Source: Pirellulales bacterium (GTDB taxonomy: Bacteria; Planctomycetota; Planctomycetia; Pirellulales; DATAWG01). From it: a stretch of 64,000 nt of DNA. A program made the translations under genes and the position numbers. Shown piece after piece: positions 10,005 through 20,791 of the stretch; within the stretch, counting starts at the first letter, position 1, and every line of letters begins with the position of its first letter. Location of the stretch: contig CAVRYO010000006.1 in the NCBI GenBank assembly GCA_963725485.1, positions 2,573 to 66,572 of the forward strand, given 5' to 3'. Below the pieces are notes generated by a model that did no database searches, was not told where the DNA came from, and saw only the letters and a program-made list of their open reading frames with translations.

Positions 10005-10280
10005 TCTTGAGAATTTTCGCTCATTCGCGCATTGTAGCAGTCGGCATCATCGAGTCTGTTGGAATACTTCGAGAAGCCCGCCCATCGCACTTCTCACGTC
10101 AAGGGAACGCTAGCAGTTTGCCCGAGTATCAGCTAACGTGTGTTGTCAATGAATCGCGCAAGATCTTGGTTCTGTTTTCTGGGGTGATCAACAGCGGTGT
10201 GCAGCCTGAATTGCCACAATTGGGCGCCCAGGGGACCATCTGAACTGTCCGCGCCACTGATAACCACAGGCGGAATCGAA

Positions 10281-10978
10281 TTAGGCTTTCCTGCGGCGAC
10301 CGACGAAAAATATCCCCATCGCAACGAGGCCGCCGAGGGCGGCAAGTGACGAGGGCTCGGGGACAGCTGTAAAGGTGATGGCGGAAATCACGGCATTCAC
10401 ACCCCCGTTGTAGTCGATATCGATCGTGAGTGGTCCAACCGGGGCGTCCACGGTCCAGGACACCCATTCGCCATTGTGGTACGCATTCGACGGAGCGCTC
10501 CTGCGCCACTGTTGTTCACTTCCATTGGATCCCCGTCGATGGAGAGCGTGATGTCGCGCCCGTTGCTATCCCAGTCAAGCGCGTAAACGCTGAGCTTGAA
10601 CGCGTGGGCCTGACTGACATTTAGTGTGGCCGAGTAATTGCTACCATCAAACGAGGTGGCGGCAACTCTCGAACCGGAAGGATCGAGCGGGTTCTGCGGA
10701 GCGCGCGGATCGTTCGTACTGGTTGCCCATTGATATTGCTGCGTTCCCGCACTGTACGAGTAGCCTGAAATGTAGCTCGGCAAAGAAACAAGGTCATTGC
10801 TGGGGCTCGCCGTCGCGATGTACTGGCTCGACGTGCCAAGGTAGTCATTCAAAATATAGCCATCATTTCCGTAAACGCCGATCCAGTTTCCTTGTGTCGT
10901 CGTGTCGATTGTTGCAGATCGCAGCGTGACCGTCGAAACGCACAAGATCGCCACCCCGAAAAGTGCTCGCTGGAACAT
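10281..10978 (-). CDS. PEP-CTERM sorting domain protein (frameshifted)
   Basis: Signal peptide, S/T/N/G-rich body, C-terminal VPEPSSLAALGGLVAMGIFFVGRRRKA. Confidence 0.85.
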
Positions 10979-11334
10979 GTTTGGCCCTCACCAAGAAGAT
11001 GCGAAAGTTCCGATGGGTCGAATGACCGTGTGACTCGTGCCTTCGATTGTAATCTACTCGCCCCCGACTTCGCCACGATCGGCTGCGGGTTTCCTTTGCT
11101 TTTCAACTGCCCACAGGCCCATTGCGCAAGCGGCAGCACGATTTGGCGTCGTTTTCTCGGAATGAACGCAACTGGCGGCTTAGTCGAAGCTGCACGTGCT
11201 ACTGCTCGAATAGCTTGGCAAGACCCGTGCCCGCCAACCTCGAACGGGCCGTGATGGACGGCGCTGGTGTCCGGGCGGTGTTTCGAGGGCGCACACGGGC
11301 CGAACCTGACGGATCCTGCGAAGGCCGGCTGTAT

Positions 11335-11394
11335 CGGAGCGCACCTTAAGCACAGGGTTGTTGTGCTGGCGGCTCCGAGCAACGGAGTGCGGCC
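11335..11394 (-). promoter_or_regulatory. Conserved structured leader, copy 2 (ATG replaced by ATA, no ParB gene follows)
   Basis: Direct repeat of 8627-8686 with loop and wobble changes. Confidence 0.6.
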
Positions 11395-11484
11395 TCGGCT
11401 ACCGGAGCGGATTCGGAGTTCCGACCGGGCCAGAGCAATCTGGCAAAAGATGGGATAGTGTCAAGAATTCCAAATGCGTTCCAC

Positions 11485-11736
11485 TCAGTCGCTAGGCGGG
11501 CTATCGATACTCGAAATGTCATTTCGAAATCGCGCTCCGGGGTGGCGCGGTGATGGCGATTCTGCTTCGGCGACCCTTTCGCCCGACGAGGCGCACGCCC
11601 ACTTGACGCCGCCGACGTCAACAACCCACGATTCGCCCTCGTGATACCAGTGGATCAATTCGCTACAAGCGGTATCACGGGCAGGCCCGACCGTGATCGG
11701 CCCACAGGAATCAGCACCGTTTTCGATATTTTGCAT
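11485..11736 (-). CDS. CsrA-like small protein (frameshifted)
   Basis: WYHEGESWVVDVGGV.. (shift) VRLVGRKGRRSRIAITAP; paralog of 16426-16641 and 29042-29284. Confidence 0.6.
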   Translation of the reverse strand: MQNIENGADSCGPITVGPARDTACSELIHWYHEGESWVVDVGGVKWACASSGERVAEAESPSPRHPGARFRNDISSIDSPPSD

Positions 11737-11859
11737 TGTCAGCCTCCTGCTGGTGTGGTGCGGTGGCTGCTCTCACCGGCTTGCACTTCGAAACTTGCCG
11801 ATGGCTCGTTCTTCATTGAGATGAGCCTTGGCCGAAAGTATCCATCTGACACATCTCGG

Positions 11860-12090
11860 CTCTGGACCGAGGCTTTAAAGGTCGCCTCGGATGGCGCCTC
11901 GATTGCGATTCGGCCACGCCGACCTTTTCGACGGATGTACCGAACGGTCACCCACAGCCCGTCGGAATTGACGACGATGGGCTGGCGAAGTCCGAACGCG
12001 GGTCGATACGACGACCGCCTCCACGGCGTCGTCATTGGGACGTGGGTTGTTCGGGAACATCGGACGTTTTCCAAAGCTCGATCTTCAAGT
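11860..12090 (-). pseudogene. Chimeric remnant: ParB N-terminus joined to CsrA-like C-terminus
   Basis: LKIELWKTSD..PNNPRPNDDAVEAVV..FGLRQPIVVNSDG runs into LWVTVRYIRRKGRRGRIAIEAP. Confidence 0.7.
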
Positions 12091-12102
12091 GGCATCCCTT
12101 CC

Positions 12103-12948
12103 TTAATCGCGGCGGTTTACGAATGGTCTCTTGCCCCATTTCTGCGAATATCGTTTTATCTGGTCCTGCTCGAACTGATTTGCAGTCGGCCGTTCACCCG
12201 GCTGAAAGACTCGCCAAGAAACATAGGTGTTCCGAAATAGCTGAAGGCTGGCCCAATCGGGTACAAACTCCGTTCGGTAGGTCCAAGCGCCGCTGTGGCC
12301 CAGCAGCCCGTGCGCCGTTTGCTGAAATTCAATTAGTCGCTGATTGAGCGATCGTCGGTTTTTGTCGTGTCCGATATAGCCGATGTAAATAACCGCTCGA
12401 CTCATCAGGTCGACTACAGGCTCGGGCAAGCCGCTAAAATGAGCGAATACGTAGACGCCGCCTTGTGAAGGGACAGGAGATCGCTTGCGGAAGAGTCGCC
12501 ACGGAACAAAACCAGACGATTGTGGCTCGGTGCCGGGCACGTAGGATGGCTCGGTTTCGTCGAGGCTGGGCAGAGGCAATGCTGCGCACCGAGCCGCCCC
12601 TACGGCGATGAGATCGAGAATTGGGTCGATCTCCAGCGACCAGTTCTGCGCGTTCCAGGCGGTCTTGCCGTTGGGATATTTCTGTCGCAGGATGCGCCCG
12701 ACCACAAATCCAGCCTCCTGCCATCTCGAATTCGCTAAGCCACAGTCCTGATACTGCAGGACGCAGCCGAATGGACCTTGGCTCGGTGTGCCAATCAGGT
12801 CGTCCCGGAAGAAGTTTCCATAGCCGCGACCGAGAAACTCGACGACCACCTTCCGCGCTGAAATTCGATCTGTGAACACGGAATAGCTCAATCGATGACC
12901 TTGGGATGAACTCAACCCGTTCACATTTTCGTTTGTTCGGACAAGCAA
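12103..12948 (-). CDS. Protein with C-terminal GIY-YIG-like nuclease domain
   Basis: GGVYVF...VIYIG...RSLNQRL...FE...KRPFVN motif spacing. Confidence 0.6.
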   Translation of the reverse strand: MLVRTNENVNGLSSSQGHRLSYSVFTDRISARKVVVEFLGRGYGNFFRDDLIGTPSQGPFGCVLQYQDCGLANSRWQEAGFVVGRILRQKYPNGKTAWNAQNWSLEIDPILDLIAVGAARCAALPLPSLDETEPSYVPGTEPQSSGFVPWRLFRKRSPVPSQGGVYVFAHFSGLPEPVVDLMSRAVIYIGYIGHDKNRRSLNQRLIEFQQTAHGLLGHSGAWTYRTEFVPDWASLQLFRNTYVSWRVFQPGERPTANQFEQDQIKRYSQKWGKRPFVNRRD

Positions 12949-13379
12949 TACAAATCGTGCTCAAAATAGGGCCAGTTCCCGCGGGCCGCATGCCGCTTCG
13001 TGCGGTAGACCTACCTCCTCGGCTGACCCGTCGCTGCCACCGTGGCATACGCGCCGCGTTGGCCCACGTCGCGGCCGGCTAACAGCCTGTTGAAGTATTC
13101 GGTTTTGCCAGCATTGCAAGCGTGGTTGTTGCCGAGGGAAACCGTGATTGGCCTCCCTTCTTTGGTAATACTTCAACGGGCTGCTAACCCATCTATTCGT
13201 GGGTTGCGGACGAACGCGCCTCTTGGCCTCGTGGGCGACGACGGTCGAGAAATTTACGCAGTGTCCCATCCCAGTCGAGCCTGGGTGCCGGTCCTACGCG
13301 CACTGTGGGATCGAAGTCAGCATGGCTCACACCCAGCGACCGATATGGCCGCCGTTCGGAATCTCATGTTTTGGATTCC

Positions 13380-16269
13380 TCAACGAGGCTTATGGATAAC
13401 CTTTCGAGCAGACAAGCTTGCCTCCCGCTTCAATTTGTCTCGCTGCACAAGCTTCTCGAACTCCGTGAGGTAGCCGTCGGGATACGTGTCGATCACCATT
13501 GGTGGCCGCCGAGCGGATTTTCTCTGAACGTAGGCGTCAAAGTCCTGGCAACGGGACGTCAGAAATCTCCAGAAGTTGATGCCCTTGTAGTAGCATGTGT
13601 GGCAAACGCTCAGCAGGACCAAATACTTCGCCAGGCCGGCCTCGTTCATCATGTTCGGCACGCGGGCGCGGTAAAGCGCGAAGCGGTGAATCGCGTTCTC
13701 GGCATTATTGTTGTTCCAAGGCACTCCATCGTAATTCACAAACGTGAACAGCCTGTCCTGGTATTTGAGCAACCTGGACCGCAACGCTTGAGCCGGATCG
13801 GACCGCGGCGCCAAAGATTCAACCGCGCGAAAGTAATCCGCAATCCGCGGCCGGAACGTTCGCAATCGAGAGCGCTTGAGTCCGTGCTGATCAATGCATT
13901 CGACGATTAGCCTGAGGAGCACGCCGAAGGGCTCGGTCAGGCGCGCAACTCCGAATCAAACGGGTTCGCCAGCAGATCGTCGTTCATATCCCGCATGAGA
14001 TGGACCAAGCATTTCTGTTGAGGGCAATCAATCGCGTCATAGACCGCATAGAAGTCGGACACAAGAACGCCGTGGAACGACCTCAGCATCTCCTTCAGAA
14101 AGTCTCCCTCTCGGTTCGGCCGATACAGATAAACCACTTCCTCCAGATTGCTGAGAGCCCAGACGTAACCTCTCTTGCCCCTCAACTTCACCAGCGTTTC
14201 ATCTACGTGTAGGAGAGGCCCGGAGAGCAGCTTTTCCAAGAGCCGCTGCCGGGTAGGCTCATAAAACTGAGCCATCAGCGTCTTGAAGTGATTGATGTAC
14301 GACCTTTCAATCGGCACGTCAAAAATGGCTTCAATCATATCACCGACCGCGCCAAAGCTGAGGCCGTGAGCGACATGTTGGTAGATGGCCCACCCTTGCA
14401 GCCCATGTGCGTACCTTGCCAAACGCGAATGTGCATGCGGTACGAAGACTGCCTTGCATTTCTTGCATTGGTAGTTGGCACTGTAACTTTCGATCACACT
14501 GAGCTTGACCCCGTGGGCTGTCGGGGTCAGGTCGAACGCCCGTTTGATCCGTGGTCGACGGCGCGAAATCGGATGCTTTTCGAGCGCGATCAACTTGCCG
14601 CTGCCGCAGACTTCACATTTGGTGGCAACCGTCGCAACGCGCCGGGTAACCCGCAACTGCAGATTCCGCTGTCGCAGGGAGACTGATTTCCGTCGGCTTG
14701 TTTTGATCATCCGAGCGAAAACACGTTGCCGTTGGTAATTGAAGTAGGCACAGCCGTTCACGTAAGCGAACTCCTTGTGGACAAAGTTGATCGCTCCCCA
14801 CTTCCTGCGACGGGCGAGCTGATCCAGTTCCTCAACGCGCGTCAGCGGCAGTCGTTCCTCAGTGACAACCCCCGGTTGAATGTCCGCGCCGGCGACGATG
14901 CCGCGGACGCTATCGGTCACAAGCCGCGAGGGCTCGAAGATCGTCGAGGTTGTACCGCAGGAGCATATTCCTCCATGATTCGTCGCGGGACTCGGCCCAG
15001 TGCTCCCGCCACACGATGCTTTGCAATCCCGAGGAATTCGTTGCTTGCCAGACATATCCTAGGCAACCCGCCACGTCCTTGAGTCCGTTGGACCAGGTGG
15101 GGAAGTAAATGTGCGGATAGATCACAGCCAGCACGTTGACCGTTGACGCCAGAGCGCGGTCAATCTGATCTGTTCTTGACGAACTGTTGCGCATACGGCG
15201 TAGGAACCTGCCCTCGAAATTGCCGTACGTGAACAGAGTGAAGTCCTTGTTATCGGGAAGTCTTGCCAGAAACTGCTCGAAGATGTTTTGTTCCTGGTCT
15301 TTTGCATCGGCCCAAAAGGAGTGCTGCTGCTCAAATCCATCCTGGCAAACCAGCATGCCAATGAGGTAGACAAAGGACTCTTCCGGATTGGACTCTACAT
15401 CGAGGTAAATCTGCACGGGGCTGCTATTAAGCTTAGGAGTGCCGAGAACATAGATTGTCCGATCCCGAATCGCCTTGGCTTGCAACGCGAATTGGCGCTT
15501 GGGGCTTTGAGGCTCGCCCCGTTTCCCCTTGCGGCGCGGGCGGAACGTGTGGGACAACTGGGTGACGGTAAAGATCCCCTTTCGAGCGTAACGCTTGATC
15601 TCCTTCTGCCCGATTCCACGCAGCAGACTGAGGTGGTCGGATTTGACGGCCTGCGCTTGGCAACGCTGCTGGAATTCACAAACTTTGCAGTGTGGGTTCA
15701 GGGCAAGACGTGGCTCAACTTCGTCGGTGAGTGCTTGCTGCAGGGAGGCGACCAGTCGATCGGCATCGGCAAAATGACGATCCAACCGAACTTTACGGAC
15801 CTGTGCGTCCCAACAATGCACGATCAAGCCGAACTCTGGGCTTCCCCTGAAGCTCAGAGAGAGCAAGGCCATAGAGCGCCAGTAAGAGCTTCTGCTCCCT
15901 ACGAATCTGGTGGCTGTCGTGGATGAGCAACGGCACGTAGTGGAACCTGCCGAGCTTCGACGTCCCATCCGTCCGTTGCAGACCGTCGAAGTGTAACGAA
16001 AAGCGGTCGTCATCAAGGACCGCGTCGAGAATGAATCGAGAACCGCGTTTGAGCGTGGCCAACGTGAGCAACACGTCGCGCTCAACGCTGTTTGCCGGCT
16101 GGATCGCGAGGAGTTTCTCGATTAATCGCAGTCGGGCCTTCGCGCGCCGGGCTAAGAGCATTTTCTCAAATTCGGACGCGGCGCCCGTTTCGCCTAATGC
16201 CTTCAAATGACCCTTGAGGTTGCAATTAAGGAAGCCTTCAAGGATGACGCTCGTGATCTTGGTTGGCAT
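13380..16269 (-). CDS. TM0106/Cas4-RecB-like nuclease + HhH + RNase_H_2 + zinc finger + IS66-type DDE transposase fusion (~960 aa, three frameshifts)
   Basis: FLNC..K, HCKVCEFQQRC, LRGIG, YLDVE..YLIG, LKDVA, YNLDD; CEVCG/CKKC; HVDET, VSDFYAVY, QKCLVHLMRD, NNNAE. Confidence 0.8.
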
Positions 16270-16425
16270 AACAACCCCATGAGAAGAATCGACGATAGTG
16301 ATGAAGAGTGGCTCCCAATTAATGCTAATTCGATGCGAACCGGAATCGAGTACCGGCACAGAAGCGACTACTGGTGGGACGCATGCAAGCGGTGCCGAGT
16401 AGCTGGGCACTGTGCAGGACCGCAG

Positions 16426-16641
16426 TTAGCCAGAGCAAAACGTGGCGCCAGCAGGCGCGGCGATGAGGATGCGGCCGCGCCGCCCCTTGCGCCCAACGAA
16501 CCGGACCGTGACCCGAACGCCGCCGACATCAACGATCCGTGACTCCCCCTCGGCGTACCAGTCAATCGAATGGCAGCACAGCGGGCAGGCTAGCGGCTCG
16601 GCCATCGACTTGAGCTCGGGCTGGCGACTCGCGTCGTCCAT
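16426..16641 (-). CDS. CsrA-like small protein
   Basis: GGAGG RBS; DWYAEGESRIVDVGGVRVTVRFVGRKGRRGRILIAAPAGATF. Confidence 0.65.
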   Translation of the reverse strand: MDDASRQPELKSMAEPLACPLCCHSIDWYAEGESRIVDVGGVRVTVRFVGRKGRRGRILIAAPAGATFCSG

Positions 16642-16642
16642 C

Positions 16643-16852
16643 TCAGGCCTCCATCCCGCTGGCCTTGGTAGCGGCCTGCTCACACATCGCAACCCGTTTA
16701 TTGAACGTGCGCCTCGACTTCCCGGTCAGGCGCGTCCATTCGGAAGCCTGCTCGCGGCGGGTTGACAATCGCCCCCGGAGGTCCAAGACGAGCTGGGTTT
16801 CTCGCTCGTAAACCGTTTGTAGACCAGCCAGTTGCGGATTTGCCCCGTCCAT
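16643..16852 (-). CDS. Hypothetical phage protein / C-terminal HTH-like fragment
   Basis: WTRLTGKSRRTF resembles an HTH recognition helix; sits at the island edge. Confidence 0.4.
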   Translation of the reverse strand: MDGANPQLAGLQTVYERETQLVLDLRGRLSTRREQASEWTRLTGKSRRTFNKRVAMCEQAATKASGMEA

Positions 16853-16898
16853 GTCGGCCCGCGTGAAGATTAGGGACGCGTTTGTACCCAGCAGTGGT

Positions 16899-17337
16899 GC
16901 TGGGACTCGGCGTGATCGTCGTCGAGGCGTCCACCCGCTCCGGCGCGCTGATCACGGCCCGGCACGCGATGGAGCAGGGGCGCGAAGTGTTCGCCGTGCC
17001 GGGCCGCGTCGATAGTCGCAATTCGCACGGCTGCCATCGGCTGATTCGCGACGGAGCGAAGCTGGTCGAGACGGTCGACGACGTTCTGGAAGAATTCGGG
17101 CCGCTGCCGAATCCAGCCCCGGATCAGCAGGGCGAGATCGTCCATCATCCGGCCGAGCTGCTGCTGAACGAAATGGAACGGCAAGTGCTCGCCGCAATCG
17201 ACACGCAGCCGACCGCTATCGATCAAGTGATCGCAGCCAGCAAGCTGCCGGTGGCCCAAGTGCTTTCAATCCTCAGCGTCCTGGAAATGCGCCGTCTGAT
17301 CCGCCGCGTCAGCGGCACGTTGGTCGCGCGGCCTTGA
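16899..17337 (+). pseudogene. dprA: DNA-processing protein DprA, 3' part only
   Basis: [28 protein letters not shown]...[13 protein letters not shown] and C-terminal winged helix ([10 protein letters not shown]); N-terminal two-thirds absent. Confidence 0.85.
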
Positions 17338-17468
17338 CGGTCTGTCGAACCACCGATTCGCCTCATCCGTGTCGTCAGCGTCATCCGTGGCCGAATTCAC
17401 AAAGAATTGCACCACGGATTACGCGAAGACCACGGATGACACCGTCGTAGCCCGCCTGTCAATGCTCG

Positions 17469-20400
17469 TTACGGCTTCGGGCCGGACTTCGGCGTTTGGC
17501 TGAGCAGGAAGCCGATCAGGTTGTAGAAGTCTTTCTCGGCGATCAAATCGGCGACGTTGGCCGGCATCGGCGAGAGCGACGACAAACGTCGTTCGGCGAT
17601 GTCGCTCTTCGCGACCCGCACTTCCTTGCCTTGCGGATCGGCCAAGACAATGACCTCTCCCTCCTCGCGCAGCACCAGTCCGGAAAGGCTTTGGCCACCG
17701 CTGGTTTGCAAGAGCGTGACGCGGAAGGCCTGATCGACGTTGCGGTTTGGATCCAGCACATCTTCCAGCACGCGATCCAGCCCACGGACGCCGATGCCGT
17801 CCAGGTCGGGCCCTACCTTGTGCCCTTCGCCACCGATCCGATGGCAGGCGGTGCAGGTTTTCTTGAAGGTTTGCAGACCTAGCGTCAGATCGGGCTTCGA
17901 TTTGAGATAACCGGCGCGCCGCTGTTGGATCAGCTTTTCCAACCGATTGTCCCCCGGCGGCAAGCCGGCGGTGAGTTCGCGAATTTGTGCATCGAGTTGC
18001 GGAATTCCGGAGCCGTGCAGGCGACTCAGCACAGTCGGCTCGCGCAACAGCCGCGCTGAAGCCTTTCCTTCGTGGATCGCCTTCAGCAACAACTCGCCAC
18101 CGCTTCGGCTGGCGGCCAGTCCCGCAGCCAAATCGACTGCCAATCGCTCCGGCGCCGACGCGAGACGCCGTAAAAGTTCGGCCCGCGAAGCGTCGGTGTT
18201 GATCGCCGCCAGCGCCTGGGCTCCTTTCTGGCGCAGACTGAGCGGTTCATCGCCGCGACCCGCTACATCGCCAAGCAGGGCCACCGCGCGCGCCGGGTCG
18301 AGCGTCGCGCAGGCGTCAATCGCCGCGGGCCGCAAGCCAGCATGTTTCGGTTCGGCAACGATCGTGGCCAGCCGGTCATATACTTCCGTGATCTTCAATT
18401 CCCGCGCCAGCTCGATGCCTTTGCCAATCTCGCCTTCGTTGCTGGCGGCCAGCAAGCGTTCGGCCAGATGAGCGCCCCAGGCCCGCAATCCCGCCGGCAA
18501 TGCCGCGTGACCTCGTTCCTGCAACCCCTGCTGGGCCGAACGCAACAAATCGCGCTGCCGCGACAGATCGATTTGCGAATTCTGCAGCGCGCTCAACGCG
18601 GCAAACAAACTGTCGATTTGGGTCTCAGGCAGATAGCGCACCGCATGATGGATGAAATCGGGCAATCGCGCCAAATCGGGCTGGCTCGCGATCGTTTGCA
18701 TTAGGAACGTGCCCGACTCGGACGTGGCAACGCCCAGGCTCACATCGGCCAGTCGGTCGCGCAGCGCACGATCAGAGCCGAGAAACCCGGGCTTTTCGAG
18801 CGCGGCATACACGCCCTCGACTTCGAGTTGATTGCGCAGCGCAATGCGGATTGTATGCACCAGGTGCGTGTCTTCCCCGGAAGTTCGACCCCACAGATCG
18901 GCCAACGCCCGGACATTGTCGAGCGCCGGATGTCGGCCGAGCGCTTCAGCCGCGGCCCGCCGAACCACTGGGTCCGGATCGTTTAGCTTCTCGCGCACTA
19001 GTTTCTGCAAATCGAGTTTTTCCTGCAACCAATCGGCGCGCTCGGCCAGGGCTTTGACGAGGTGCACGCGGACCAGCCGGTCGGGATCGGCCGCCAACCG
19101 CGTGACCAACGAATCGTCGAGCGCGCCGAGTCGCTGCAAGACCCACAGCCCATGCGCCCGCTGCCAAGGGTTCGATCTGGCGTCGGTGAGCAGCTTCTGC
19201 AATGGCGCGACGGCGCCTTGGCCGATCCGGTCGACCAGCTCCTGCGTCGCCAGGGTTCGGACCGTCAGGTTCGGATCGGCCAGTCGGTCGATCAAATGTG
19301 CTGCCGACATCTCGGCAAGATTAGGGATCGTGGGATTAGCCACCGGCTTGTCCTTCGTCCCCGTATAAACGATCCGCCAAATGCGCCCCTTGGTATGGTC
19401 GCGGCCCGGGTGCGTTAGCGGCACTTCGTAATGCCCGATGATCCGATTGTAAAAATCCGCCATGTACATCGCCCCATCTGGACCAAGCTTCAAATCGACC
19501 GGCCGGCACCAAGGGTCGTCGCACACCAAAAAATCGGGCTGGCCATCGCCCCAAAAGAACGAGCCGAGCGGTTTCAAACTGTCGTGATTGATCCGATGCG
19601 TGACCGGATTGCCGATGAACATCGTGTCGCGGAACTCGGCCGGAAACTGCGTGGCGGCGTAATAGACAATGCCCGCGATCGCCGACGAGCCGTGCATGTG
19701 ATCGAGCATTGCGGGCCCAAAACCTAAACCGTCGTCCGGCTTGCCAAAGCTCGGGTAATAGGCGCCACGCAAATGGAGATAAATCGGCAGCGTTTCGCAA
19801 TCAGCCACGTACATGTTGTTCAGCGGATCGAAGCAAATGCCGAACGGATTCACCCGGCCGTGCGAAAAATATTCGAGGTGCGAACCGTCGGCCTGCATCC
19901 GATAAGTATTGCCCGATTGCATGTGGATCTTCTTGCCGTCGGCGCCGGACACGGTGTCGTCGTTGGTGAAGCCGTGGTTGGCGTAGATCCAACCATCCAG
20001 CCCGCGCGTGAAAGAATTGTTCATTCCATGCGTGTCATGAAATTGAAAATCGCCATAGATGACCTTGCGTTCGGTTACGTGTCCCGTGTGGCCCGGGTCG
20101 AGACAGCGATAAATATCCGGCGTGCTGTACACCACGACGCCATTGGGAATCGGCGTGACGCCCAGCGGAATGTTCAAACCGTCGACCATCGTGCGAATGT
20201 GCGTGGCGTGGCCGTGCTCGTCGATCCCTTCGATCACTTTCACGGTGTCGCGGCCCTTCGTTCCCGGCTTGACGGGAAAGGGATACTCGACCGATTGCGT
20301 GAAATAGAGCTGCCCGCGCACGTCGAAATTCATGTTGATCGGCTTGATCACCTCAGGCTCGGCCGCGACAAGCTGAATCTCGAAGCCGGGCGGCAGATGA

Positions 20401-20588
20401 AACTTCGCCTGCTCCTCGGCCGGCGATAACGGCGGCGTCGTTACTACGACGGGAAAATCCTCGGCGGCGGCATGACGGACAGTTCCGGCCAGCGGAGCGA
20501 ACGCGGCAATCGCGAACAGCGTGACTTTGCCGAGCCGCCCTGAGGCATGGCGGAGCTTACGATCAGAGCGGGTAGTGTGCGTGAGCAT
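17469..20588 (-). CDS. PVC-type heme-binding CxxCH protein (membrane-bound dehydrogenase-like beta-propeller, HEAT repeats, cytochrome c)
   Basis: LPPGFEIQLVAAEP, GPDGAMYMADFYN..IGHYE, CTACH..GG.G..VGPDL, LSPMP. Confidence 0.9.
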   Translation of the reverse strand: MLTHTTRSDRKLRHASGRLGKVTLFAIAAFAPLAGTVRHAAAEDFPVVVTTPPLSPAEEQAKFHLPPGFEIQLVAAEPEVIKPINMNFDVRGQLYFTQSVEYPFPVKPGTKGRDTVKVIEGIDEHGHATHIRTMVDGLNIPLGVTPIPNGVVVYSTPDIYRCLDPGHTGHVTERKVIYGDFQFHDTHGMNNSFTRGLDGWIYANHGFTNDDTVSGADGKKIHMQSGNTYRMQADGSHLEYFSHGRVNPFGICFDPLNNMYVADCETLPIYLHLRGAYYPSFGKPDDGLGFGPAMLDHMHGSSAIAGIVYYAATQFPAEFRDTMFIGNPVTHRINHDSLKPLGSFFWGDGQPDFLVCDDPWCRPVDLKLGPDGAMYMADFYNRIIGHYEVPLTHPGRDHTKGRIWRIVYTGTKDKPVANPTIPNLAEMSAAHLIDRLADPNLTVRTLATQELVDRIGQGAVAPLQKLLTDARSNPWQRAHGLWVLQRLGALDDSLVTRLAADPDRLVRVHLVKALAERADWLQEKLDLQKLVREKLNDPDPVVRRAAAEALGRHPALDNVRALADLWGRTSGEDTHLVHTIRIALRNQLEVEGVYAALEKPGFLGSDRALRDRLADVSLGVATSESGTFLMQTIASQPDLARLPDFIHHAVRYLPETQIDSLFAALSALQNSQIDLSRQRDLLRSAQQGLQERGHAALPAGLRAWGAHLAERLLAASNEGEIGKGIELARELKITEVYDRLATIVAEPKHAGLRPAAIDACATLDPARAVALLGDVAGRGDEPLSLRQKGAQALAAINTDASRAELLRRLASAPERLAVDLAAGLAASRSGGELLLKAIHEGKASARLLREPTVLSRLHGSGIPQLDAQIRELTAGLPPGDNRLEKLIQQRRAGYLKSKPDLTLGLQTFKKTCTACHRIGGEGHKVGPDLDGIGVRGLDRVLEDVLDPNRNVDQAFRVTLLQTSGGQSLSGLVLREEGEVIVLADPQGKEVRVAKSDIAERRLSSLSPMPANVADLIAEKDFYNLIGFLLSQTPKSGPKP

Positions 20589-20791
20589 GAGACTTCCTGG
20601 AGTGCGAAGCGGCTAGCCGCGATATTTGCCGATGGATCGATGCTTGGTGGGAATCGCCGAGGCGATGGCATCGATCGCGGGCGGCTGGTTCCGAGGAAAC
20701 GTTCGGCCGCCCGGGCGTAAGCGCTCCATCATAAGTAAAACCGGCGAAGAATCAATTTTCCGAGCGACGGGGTAGTGGGCCAGTTTGATTT

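Noticed and set aside
8627-16641. Classical integron with attC cassettes, or a DGR
   Set aside because: No integron integrase, no attC RYYYAAC/GTTRRRY boxes, no reverse transcriptase and no adenine-specific repeat variation.
17345-17445. ncRNA between dprA and the CxxCH gene
   Set aside because: ATCCGTG/CACGGAT inverted repeats look like a REP or bidirectional terminator between convergent genes; nothing more specific.
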